A DNA stretch of 64,000 bases. Origin: Tricharina praecox. Its lineage: Eukaryota. Numbering within the stretch: the stretch's first letter is position 1; each line of letters opens with the position of its first letter. The stretch lies in assembly GCF_024521635.1 (NCBI RefSeq), contig NW_026250404.1, forward strand, positions 1,612,001-1,676,000, written 5' to 3'. The position numbers and the translations under genes are program-made. Of this stretch, positions 10,888 through 21,538 are shown in pieces. Under the pieces are notes generated by a model. That model had not been told where the DNA came from. It did not search any database and worked only from the letters and a program-made list of their open reading frames with translations.

Positions 10888-13800
10888 CTAACTATCAATG
10901 TTGGCAATCATGCCAATCTCACGCAACATCGCCGTCTGCGAATCCTCAGGTCCCAGCTCCCTATCACTGTTGGCATTCATGCCAATCTCACGCAACATCG
11001 CCGTCTGCGAATCCTCAGGTCCCAGCTCCCTATCACTGTTGGCATTCATGCCAATCTCACGCAATATCGCCGTCAGCGGATCCTCAGGCCCCAGCTCCCT
11101 CCTTCGCCACAAACTAAACTCCTCCTCATCCACGATATCGTCTCGCGCTGCTCCCCCGCTGTTACTCCTCTCAATGAGCTGAATCAACCAGCCGAATTTC
11201 TCGAGCTGCTCTTGTCGATCATCATATTTAATATGGCGACCCTTAGTCGTAGGCTCCCGCCGCTCATCCGTAGCCTTGCTCGGTCCTCTATACTCGTCGG
11301 GGATGGGAATATCTCTTCCCTTGACTATGATTTGAAGGCTTAACCTGCTGGAAGAGAGAGGCACGAGGTGGGGGAAAGCAGCGGTCTACGTACTACTCGG
11401 CGGCTCTGACGCCGTGCCATCTTTCACCCGTTCCATCGTCTGCCTGACCACATCCAACACTGTATGGTCGGAGGAAGATAATCGGTTGACATCAGCACCC
11501 GCGCGAATCAGACATCCGCAGTGGTTCTGTCGACGAATATTACCAGCTGCAAGTTGCAGTGCCGTCCAGCCGTCTCCGTTCACTACATCCAGGTACAATC
11601 CCTCGCTGAGCTTCCGTCCTGTCCGTGGTACAAACTCCAGGAGAAACTCCAAGAGCTTCGTTTCCGGCTCCGAAACTGCGAAGTGAAGGAGTGTGTCACC
11701 AGAAACCGGGCGCGCGATCAGATGTTCGTCGTATTCCAAGAGGAGGTGAAGGAATGCTTCGTGGTGACCGACTGCGGCCCAAGCTGCGGGGGTCAACTCG
11801 TCCCAGAATGTGTCTCCAGCCAGATTCCACCAGTCGCAGGTGGCGTGGAAGTTCGCGCCCTGGGCGAGCAGCAATCGACCTGGTTCGAGGGAGCCATATG
11901 CTGCCGCTGTGTGTAATGGTGTGAATGTGCTCATATCCTGGGCTTCGATGTCTGCACCGAGCTCCAGGAGTTTCGCTGTGGCACGAGTGTTGTAACTTTG
12001 TATCGCGAAATGTAGCGGAGTCCTCCTGTCTGCACTTCGTTGATTCACATCCGCACCCGCGGCGACGAGGTCAACTGCTATTGTGTTGCTGCAGAAGAGC
12101 GTGCTTCGTGCCCACTGACCCAGCGGCGTCTTGCCATCTCCTGCGCATGTCGAGTTTCCACTACACCCGTGCCCGAGGAGGGCTCTGACAACAGTCTCGT
12201 TATGGTTTCCTGCAGCTGCTACAATTGGTATGTAATCGCGCTCTGAGTCACCTTCAAGCAATTCCGGCGCCCTCTCTGCAACGAAATCGATGGTTGCTAC
12301 TGTGGATTGACCAGCTCGTACCCCAAGGAAGCCATCGATAGTGTCTATGTGGTACTGCGGCAACATCGCCAGCCACCACACTGCAGCGCCTAGCCAGTCC
12401 AAACATTCGAAAGCACCAAGCTTTTCCAACTCCTGCAGAATCTCGGATGATTGCTGGGCAATCGCATATTCAATGGGCAACGAATCCGCCGATCCCTCGA
12501 ACGAGCACAAATCTTCCATTACATCCGCATGCTGAAGGAGATTCTTCACCGCCGCAAGGTTGTAAGCCCGAAATGCAAACGTTAGCGGCCCTCCGAGGGG
12601 GAATCTTCCGTGGATTTCAATGCACGGGTGGTCCCAGCCCATGTCGTCGTCGAGTCGAGCGCCGGCAAGGAATAAGAGGTTGGTGGTACGAGGGATGTCT
12701 GCCGTGTCAAAGGATATGATCCAGTGGATGGCGGAGTCGCGGATTTTTACGCCGTCGATGTCCAGTGTTTGCGCTGAGGCGCCGGATGCGATGAGAGTCT
12801 GGTGGTGTTAAGGGTTGGGAGAACAAACAGCAGTAGAGAAAGACATGCCTCCAGAACGCCTAGGTGCCCGCCTTTGCAGCACAGAACCAGCAGACTCTCC
12901 CCAAACTCGTTGCAAGCGTTTGGATCCCCACCGGCTTGTATGCAGGCTTCTGCAAGCTCCTTGTCTCCATATATCGCCGCGTTCAATAGGAGGTCGTCAA
13001 CATCATCTCTACCCTCAATGGGCTTTCCGGAACCGATGCACGCTGGAGGTTGATTCGGATAGAAATACTGGTTAAACCCACCCCTCGAATGAAAGTCCTG
13101 TCTCGCCTGGATATATAAATCCGCATCGATGGTCCGCAGGGTCTTTTCCGCCGTCCAGGAGCCCCACGCAACAGCTTCATACAGCCAATCGAGTTGCAAA
13201 TCTTCATCGATGTCGAGTGGACGGTTATGAGCCACATGCCATGCATGAACTACCGCTTGCGCGGGGAGATAATCCGCTTTTGCGGACTGCACGGCGGCAG
13301 ATAACATCCCATCGATATCCGTGGGGCCTCCCAAGCCGAGAGACCGTGCTAGAGCCAGCTGGAAGTATGTGCGGCCACGGGTAGGGCCGCGGGTGGATTG
13401 CGTCAGGTCCGTTATTATCTGTTGTTGTACGTCCAGCGGGATCTCATCCTCGTCTTGCCAGCCGAAGGTTACGTAGTGTGCGTCGCTGAGATATGTCTGG
13501 AGGCTGTGGTCTATTTCTTTTCGTGTGCGGCCGACTCTCGGAGGGGGCGGTGGGCTTCGCAGAGTGTTATCAATGGTTCTCTAGATTGGAGGGCAACAGA
13601 CGGCATACCTCATTTCGGAGTCCACTTCGAGGATGGTTTCGACCATGGAAAGTTCTGAGCACCGCTCCTCCGGGTTATATGCCAACAGCTGTCTACATGC
13701 CAGCTCGAGGACGGCTTTGAACTCCTCTGGTACATTCTCATCCTTCTGGATGAAATCAACCCCGCTCTGCAGAACACTCTCATCCTTCGCACTCCAGCAC

Positions 13801-14657
13801 TCCCTCAGTTCCTCGGCAAAAATATGCAGCAACAATAGACCTAGTGAGTACGCATCACATCTACCCAGCATCTCAGGATGTATCGGGTGTCTCGATTGAT
13901 CCTGCGTCTCGGGAGCATTGGTTATATCCGTGCCATAATACCTCGTCTGCCTATCAGTCGGCAACGAGTCCAGGAATATACACGAGCCGAAGTCGGAAAG
14001 TTTCGCCATATACGGTTGAGCGATATCCAAAACCTTTTCGCCTCGTACGAGCAGAATGTTATCCACCTTAACATCCCCGTGGATAATCCCCATATCATGC
14101 ATTGCCACGAGTCCGCGGGTCACGTCCAGTATGATTGAGTACTTCTCTTCGCCGTCAAGATGGGCTTCTGGACAAGATGGACCGAGGAGGCTGGAGAGTG
14201 TGCGCTCTGCATGCCGTACGACTATTGCCGGGGTGTGAAGGTATGGGGATCCAGGGTCCTCTATTAGATCGTAGGCAATGAGGTTAATGATATGCGGTTG
14301 GTCCCGCAGAGCGCAGAGCGCTTTAAGCTCTTTGTAGAGTTCGTTTGCTCTCCTCTAGACTATTTATCAGTCGGTGGAGATCACAATGTGTGGGGAGCAA
14401 ACCCGATCCGCAAGGCCACCGAGATTTATGTTCTTCACAGCGAGCAGGCCTTCGTCAGAATCGATCCCCTTACCGTCGTAGACGGTAAATTGGCTACCCG
14501 CACCGAGGACCCTGGTGCGATAACCGAAGTGTTCGGATTGGAGTGCGCGTGGGATCTCATGGTGAGTTACTAGCGTGAGGAAGTCGCTTACTGTGCGGAT
14601 CTCGAGAGGGTGAGTAGGAGCCGGTAATTTGGTCGGGGGACGGTTGGAGTGGAACAT
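10888..14657 (-). CDS. Protein kinase + SEL1-like + ankyrin-repeat protein (~1180 aa, 5 exons)
   Basis: Manual splicing (introns 14355-14402, 13555-13608, GC-AG 12799-12848 and ~11325-11393) gives one continuous frame. It contains Gly-loop GAGSQFTVY, AVK, alphaC ELKAL, HGDVKVDN, DFG, TNAPE and DAYSLG. These are followed by SEL1-like YFQLALARSLGLGGPTD...AKADYLPAQA and roughly a dozen degenerate ankyrin repeats (e.g. RTPLHFAIQSYN..LLELGADIEA, FTPLHTAAAYG, GDTLLHFAV, GWTALQLAA). The last acceptor site is uncertain. Confidence 0.85.
10892..11100. repeat. Three tandem 69-bp units in the kinase-ankyrin gene's 3' end
   Basis: Units start at 10892, 10961 and 11030 (CTATCA[A/C]TGTTGGCA[A/T]TCATGCCAATCTCACGCAA...CCCAGCTCC) and encode RELGPEDxxTAxLREIGMxANxD three times. 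Confidence 0.95.
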
Positions 14658-14902
14658 GTTTATTGAGGGATGAGGTTGAGGATAACAGTGCTGAAGTTGA
14701 CGGTTAAAGGTGAGATGTTTCCCCCGCTGTAGAGTACTATCTCCGTAGAACATCATGCACACTGCACGACTCATTGCTTTTTCACGAATCACATAAGATG
14801 ACAAGATCATGGATGATTGATTGGTGGCCAGCTCAGGGATATATCATTATTACTGCAGCGTCTCAAGTACCCCACTTCACTATCCAAATCTCCAGAAATC
14901 CC

Positions 14903-16558
14903 ATGGCCGAACTCGCTCTCGGCATAGCCTCCATCGGACTGACCCTGATCGACGATGCCATCCGAGTGCTCCAGTACTTCCGGCTTGTGCTGGCGGACTC
15001 CAAAAGCCTCGGCGCCGACGCCCGCAAGATCAGCACGCAGACCGCTGTCGAAACCGCGCGGCTGCAAGCATTCCGCGAGTTCCTCCATGACCCCGCCGGG
15101 ACGACAACTCGATTTGAGCTCCTGCCACAGATGCATCAAACTGCGGTTGTCGGCATGATACAGGAGCTCGATATCCTCTTTGCGGCGTATTCGGCCGTCG
15201 TGGTCAAGTATGGGTTGGACTTGGACGTCGATGTTGTGGGTAGGGTGGATGTGGCCGAGGAAATGGTCCGCCGGGCCACACTGACGAGTACGCAGTTGCA
15301 GCTTGGGGCGAGCTGGAAGGCGAAAGCAGCTTGGGGCCTGTTTAAGAAGAAGAATATTGAGGTGGCTGTGCAAAGGCTTGAGGAGTGGAATAATAAGCTG
15401 CAAAACTTCCTTCTGTGCGGTCTGTGTTTTTTGGATGATAAGAAATTGATGGAGTTGAGGGACGGGACTACTATGTAAGTCCCCTCTGCAGGTGCTACGG
15501 AAGGGAGGGTGGGGTTGTTGATGGGATTTCATGGCAGGGAGAAGTTGCGGCTTGCGCCTGGCCTGCGACTGCGTGCGATCATCACTGGCGCCAATGCCTC
15601 CACCGTCGATATCGTCGAAGACGGAATGGTTCTCAGTCCACCCGTGGCGAATAGCTGTCTCCGGACCGTCAATCACACTGGGGGAAAACCAGAAACCGTC
15701 TACGTAGAATACAAACCTTACAAACCTCGACGCGGGGCCACCCAGCCCTCCGATGCAATGATCCGTCGAGTCCGGGCCCTCGGAAACCTCCTCTGCCAGC
15801 CATCAGCTTCAGATGCCGGGTTTCACACGTTATCGTGCAGGTGCATCATCAAGGAGAAGGACCACAACGGAAGGGCATTGAATAGATACGCATTCCTCTT
15901 CCGTCTCCCGGACGGAAACAGTGGGGAGCCCATCTCCCTGTCCGCAGCGATCACAATCCATCACTCCCATCGTCCGACCCTCGGCCAGCGCTTCCAGATT
16001 GCAAAGACACTGGCAACAACAGTCTTCCAACTGCACTCCGTAGGCTGGCTGCACAAATCCATCCGCAGCGAGAACATTCTCTTCTTCGGCGCACCCGGGC
16101 AGATGTACTCGCAGCAGTACCTCGTCGGCTTCGAGTTCTCGCGCGACGAGAACGACACCTCGACCATGGAGCAGGACGACGCGCTGGAACGGAATATCTA
16201 CCGACACCCTGACCGGCAAGGCCCACCTGACACTCGTTTCTCTGTGCTACACGACATCTACTCCCTCGGTGTTATCCTGCTCGAGATAGGATTGTGGCGG
16301 CCGGTAATAGGCTTCGAGGCGTTTGCGGACATGGATCCGGATACGGTCAAGGAGAGGCTGCGGGAACATGCCAACGCAAGGCTGCCGCATTATATGGGCA
16401 GGAAGTATACACGGGCTGTGTTGGAGTGTTTGGACCAGACGCTGGTGGATGGCGATGTGGTGGCGCTGGGCGGTCTGGAAAGGTTCAGAGAGAGTGTGCA
16501 GATTGCGTTTTGTGAGAAGGTTCTGGGGGAGATTGAGGGCGGAGTTGCGTTGGAATAG
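14903..16558 (+). CDS. HeLo/HELL-like domain fused to a pseudokinase (MLKL-like architecture, ~530 aa, 1 intron)
   Basis: N-terminal hydrophobic helix MAELALGIASIGLTL, ETARLQAF and KAAWGLFKKKNIEVAVQRLEEWNNKL are HeLo-family-like. Intron 15475-15537. Kinase-fold motifs VYVEYK, LGQRFQIAKTLA, WLHKSIRSENILFF, LVGFEFSR, YRHPDRQ and DIYSLGVILLEIGLW; both the HRD and DFG aspartates are absent. Confidence 0.85.
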
Positions 16559-17305
16559 TGGTGGGCGGGCCGTCGTGATTCCGAACAGTCGCTTTTGAAC
16601 GTCTGTTTGATTATCGACTATCATCTATAGATCTGTCTTACGTCCGAGGATCTACATATGGGTTTCTGTGCTTTGCGAGTTTCTCGGCCCGTGAGAGAAA
16701 ATCACATTCATCGCTCGAATAACGAGCGATACCCTGTGCGCAATTCCAAGCAGAGCCAAACTTCCAGTCCAGGTTGTCTCGGAGACGTGGATAGTGTTAG
16801 TGAGACTCACGTTACTCTAAACCCACTATAGCCGACTAACCTAGTAAAGACTTGTGGAATTGTCGGTGATTGGTGCAAGGTATTGATGCTTTTGAACTGA
16901 TCGTGAAGATGAGGCTAGGTCTCTACCACAAAAGTAACAATGACGACGATAACGACGACTAGCCTATAGCGATATCGAGAATATCAACGGCCTGTCTAGA
17001 TTATGGCGACCATTTGCCCGATCTTTCTTGCGCGGACAGTTAAAACGCGACGTGCAAAATGGCTGTCCGGATGGAATAACGAGTGATGATAGGTGAAACA
17101 GTGACCGTCAAATTGATTATAATCGGGCTCCTCGACTATAGAACTAGGTACATACCTGTATTTGCGGAAGTGAACTCTATAAAACGAGATTAGAGAGTTT
17201 CCCTAGGCGGGCCTTAGGTTCCCATAACTTTCTCTCTTGCAATCACCCTGTCTGATGTCTCGGACCGACATGTGAGCCGGGTCTTGGCAGCCCGCGGACC
17301 ATACC

Positions 17306-19517
17306 ATGGCCACAAGTGTCCTCGACACATCACTCACGACAACACCCGCGCCAATGCCAGCAAAACGAGGCCAACCGGTAGTCGACATCGACACCACTCT
17401 CAAACGCGTATTCGGAAAGAGGTCTTTCCGATCTGTCCAGCGGGAGGTGATAGAAGTAGGGTTTTCACAATGCGGCAAAAAACTTTAATAACACGTGACG
17501 CTGATGATGTAATTAGGCGGCGCTGGAGGGTCATGATGTTTATTTGCAGGCATCAACCGGTAGGAAATACCCGCCTTTTTGTTGATGAAGCTGGCTGGAT
17601 GGGCAGTTGATGTGTGCGATGGGAAGGTCTTGGGAAGAGCCTGACCTTTCAGCTCCCCGCCGTGGTCGTGGACCATGGTACGACGATAGTTGTTTCCCCA
17701 TTGCTGTCTATCATGGTAAACAGCCCGCGACCTCTCTGCACAATCCGAAGGACGCTGAGGAATTTAGGCAAACCAAGTAGAAGCTCTCCTTGCAGCGGGA
17801 ATCAAAGCGGCAAAGTTGGATAGTTCCATGGACATGCAGGAACGCAACGAGATCTTTAGAGACCTGGAAAGCGGACGTCCCACGCTGCGACTGCTTTATG
17901 GTACATATAAATACCGTTCCATATGTACTGGTTAGTACTCTGGATCTGACTTGGCATAGTGACACCGGAGCTATGCACTACCCCCGGATTTCGCGCAAAA
18001 CTAGGGGTGCTGCACAAAGACGGAGAGCTGAATAGGATTGTAGTTGATGAGGCACATTGCATCTCTGGTTCGTGGCTTCGTTTCACTGGAGGCAGATGAG
18101 GATATGGGAGATGCTGATGAGTGGTAGAGTGGGGACATGATTTCCGTGCGGCGTTTAAACAGCTGTACTGGTTCAAGTGCGAGTTTCCTTCTGTTCCGGT
18201 AATAGTGAGTTTTCTTCAAAAAAGTGCGGTTGGTCTGGATAAGAGGCGGTTGATGGCTGATGAAATGGCGAAAGGCAGTAACTGCTACTGCTACTGCCAG
18301 GGTTCGAGAGGATATCATCAAGATCCTGAGACTACCGCCACCGCCGCAGTTGAAGATATATCTCACTCCAACATCAAGTACCTCCTGTTGCTGTGGTCCC
18401 GATGACTTGCGACGTGCTGATATCAGGGTTTTCAGGGTCAAATCTCCACTACGAGATCCGTTACATAAACGACAGTATCAACCCACTCGACGAGCTGGTG
18501 AAGTGGTTGACAGGTGTATACAAACGACGGAAGGCTCGGGACGGTGGGGCCGAGGAGAGGCATTCGGCGGTTTCGGGGTTGATATATTGCTCGAAGGTAT
18601 GCGTTGCTTGTGGTTTGTATGGAGTTACTCTGCTTATTGACGATTGGCTGCCCATAGAGACAAACGTGTGAAGATGTCGCCAAAGAGCTGCGCGGGCATA
18701 AGATTGGTGCTAGGTCTGCGTTGCACCCTGTTCCAAAAGACATTTATGTGAAGCTGACAGATATTTTGCAGACCATATCATGCAGGACTGAGCAGTGAGT
18801 TACCTCAAGGGAACCTTCCCTCGAGGTGATGACTGATCGTTAATAGACGACGAGAAAAACGACACGACGCAGAACTGGCTCCTCGACAAGCTAGGCTATG
18901 ACATAATCGTGGCTACGACGGCATTCGGCATGGGAATCGATAAGCCCAACGTATACCACCCTCTCCATCTAATCCCACAAAATGCATTTAACTTAAAATC
19001 AACAGGTCCGATTCGTCGTCCATTGGGGTGTCCCCAAGTCGTTCGAAGGGTACTATCAAGAGGCCGGACGTGGCGGCAGAGACGGCAACGCGGCCCGTTG
19101 CATTCTCTTCTACTCACGAGAGTCCCGGGACCGTACGGGATACCTTCTCCAGCTTGAGGCGAGTAAGCAACAGGGCGTCGGCGGTGGCGACGCGCAAATA
19201 CAAACGCAGAGCAAGCTGAAAAGCTATCAAGAGGTCCCTCCTTTCCTCTCTATCCTACTCTCGCTAGTCACTGACTACTATCTGTCGCCCCACAGCTGGT
19301 AAAATACTGCGAAAACACATCTACATGCAGACACCTGGCGATATCACGGTACTTTGGAGATGTCGAACCGCCGGAATGCGACTTTGCTTGCGACATCTGT
19401 AAAGACCGGAACGCGGTAGTCTCGGCGAAACGGAATGGCCTCGCCGCAGAGGAGTGGGTTAGTACTCAGAGGGAGACGAATATGGACTACTACGGTGGGG
19501 TTGATAGTTACGAGTAG
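17306..19517 (+). CDS. Short RecQ-family DNA helicase (helicase core + Zn-binding part of RQC); 13 exons
   Basis: Spliced motifs [95 protein letters not shown] and [15 protein letters not shown]. Confidence 0.92.
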
Positions 19518-20353
19518 AGTCACATTACTGTAGTAACAGTCGAGCATGTCGAATAGAGAGGATCAGTGACGTTTGGGCGTACAGAAAGTTGGCTTAATCT
19601 GACTGCCTTGGACCAGTGGGGAAAGATGATCTGTTTCCGGCCAGTCCAGAAACCGCAAACTCGTTATGCACTCGTGTTAACTGTCAAGAACACTGTGGTT
19701 CGAGAATACCGTACGAGTCGAAAACACCAAGTTCCGATCCCCCGGATCTTCACGATACCTACCTTCCTCTCCGACAGGCAAGCCAATCGTCATCGCTGGG
19801 AGGTCATCAGTAAAGTACTTGTCCCCCGCTGTGCGCAAAAAAAAATACCCCGCGTCAGTCAAATCGTTCGACGTCGTCCGACTCACCCTTCCACGGTGCC
19901 GGGACTGTCCGATCTTCGGCTCGCTAAGAGGTGAGACACATTAGCCGCGACGGACGGACGTGGGTTGCAGGTATCAGCAACCACACCACCCACACACCAC
20001 AACGGTCGTTCCCTCTCCTGGGTAAAAGTCACCGGAGCTGGCCGATACGGAGAATGGACGTGAGAATGGGGTGACAGTAAGCATCGTCGAACCACCACCA
20101 CCAGGCAACGAGGAATCACACGATGACAGGGCGACAGGTTCCGACTGCGGTCGTTGGACACCGTAGACGTAGACGAGATCTGGAGGATGGTCCGTAGAAG
20201 AGACGGGAGCACAGGTGTCGAATAGGAATATATACTGCGGCTACCTGCCTGTCCAAATCTGCTTTCATCCCATCATCATCAGATCACACAAACATCACTC
20301 GCCTCACAACCACACACACACAAAAACCTCCTTCTCCTCCTCCTTCAAATAAA

Positions 20354-20647
20354 ATGAACGCCACTCCCCGCCTCCTCGGAAAGATCCTCAAGGCCGTCGG
20401 TCCCAAGGAGCCGCATCCCTACTTTATCTACCCCAAGACTGCCGCGGCATACCCCATCAACCCCGCGTTCTTGAGTCAACGGTTGGGTCGCACTGCTGGA
20501 GCGTAAGTTGATTCTTCCCTAGATGATTGGTCTGTACTGGGGGATGGTGGCTGATGGGATGATTGCAGATATGTTCCATTCATGGGAGTGGTGTTCCTCT
20601 GGCCTTTTGCGGCGCAGTACATTACCACCCAGACTGGTGGGCCATGA
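20354..20647 (+). CDS. Small (75 aa) single-TM, probably mitochondrial protein (Cox26-like pattern); absent from ORF track
   Basis: ATG 20354; intron GTAAGT...CTGAT...GCAG at 20503-20568. Product MNATPRLLGKILKAVGPKEPHPYFIYPKTAAAYPINPAFLSQRLGRTAGAYVPFMGVVFLWPFAAQYITTQTGGP*. Confidence 0.7.
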
Positions 20648-21147
20648 TCGGATATACAAGTAATCGGTTCGGGAGGAGTTTGTTTTCTGTTTTCTGTTTC
20701 TGTTTCTTGTTTCTTTTCTTTCTGTAAATGGTGGACTGGAGGGGTGTTTGGGTTTTTTGATTTTGATTTTGATTTGATGCTCGCTTTGGTCCTTGGGATG
20801 GAGTTGGGAGCACCGGTGGGAATAGTGGAGGAATCATGAGGGATGGGAATGGCTATTATTTATCGGACGGAATTTGTATAGAGTTGGAAACAAATCTAGA
20901 GCTTTTGGTCGCTATCGAACTTTCTATCGTACCTATGAGTTGAAGACGAATCAGCGGATGCTTAACGATATGTACAGCCGTAAGAGAGAATCTAGGGAAA
21001 CACAGGCGGAGTGGAGGACTGGAGCGCAAACTCCAAGCTCAAAAGCAGAGACATGATCCTATTTCGCGCTCCGCCGCAATCCACTCCTCTCGTAGTCCGC
21101 CCTTTTCCCCACCCCTTGCTCGCCAAACAAAACCGGCAGCACTCACC

Positions 21148-21538
21148 CTACTTCTGCAAGTTCCTAACGATGTTCCCGACCATCTCCTCCACATCCTCTC
21201 TGATTTTGACCTGATCCAGACTCGTCGCCCACTTCCAGACACCCTCAAGCTCTGCGTTCCACCGGTCCTTGATCGTCTCCACAATGCTAGGTCGCGCAAG
21301 ATACGGCCGCGGCGTCTCGGGAATAGTGGCAGGCTTCCGGAGCGCCTCGAGACGCGAGCGGCATTCCCGGAGCGTGTGGGAGTTGCGCGCTGTGCGCTCG
21401 CGCAGAGAGGACGTCGCAAGGTAAACGCTGAAGGAGGTGAGGACTGTGCCGCCGACCTGTTGTTGGGCGTTAGTAGGTAAGTAAGTAGTCAAGAGAGCAC
21501 TGGAGCGGAAAGCGTACGAGTCCGGCGAGGCGGGCCAT
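21148..21538 (-). CDS. MIC12: MICOS complex subunit Mic12 (Aim5); 1 intron
   Basis: MARLAGLVGGTVLTSFSVYLA TM segment plus the ETIKDRWNAELE motif; ~110 aa. Confidence 0.75.

Noticed and set aside
10892..11100. 69-bp repeats as a CRISPR array or as a HET-s/RHIM/PP-type amyloid motif
   Set aside because: The units are contiguous with no spacers and the context is eukaryotic. The peptide is charged, contains Pro and looks helical, and no matching motif exists in the neighbouring HeLo protein.
10773..11182. Plus-strand ORFs with repeated CWHSCQSH units
   Set aside because: Antisense read-through of a 3n-length repeat; no independent gene signals.
14807..15676. 289-aa antisense ORF over the HeLo gene (similar shadows at 24234-25211, 44320-45075, 59370-60083)
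   Set aside because: Shadow ORFs caused by GC-rich codon usage on the coding strand; no recognisable domains.
16600..17200. Transposon relic or RIP-mutated flank next to the kinase/HeLo pair
   Set aside because: No terminal repeats, target-site duplication or transposase/RT-like peptide is visible, and dinucleotide indices could not be computed.
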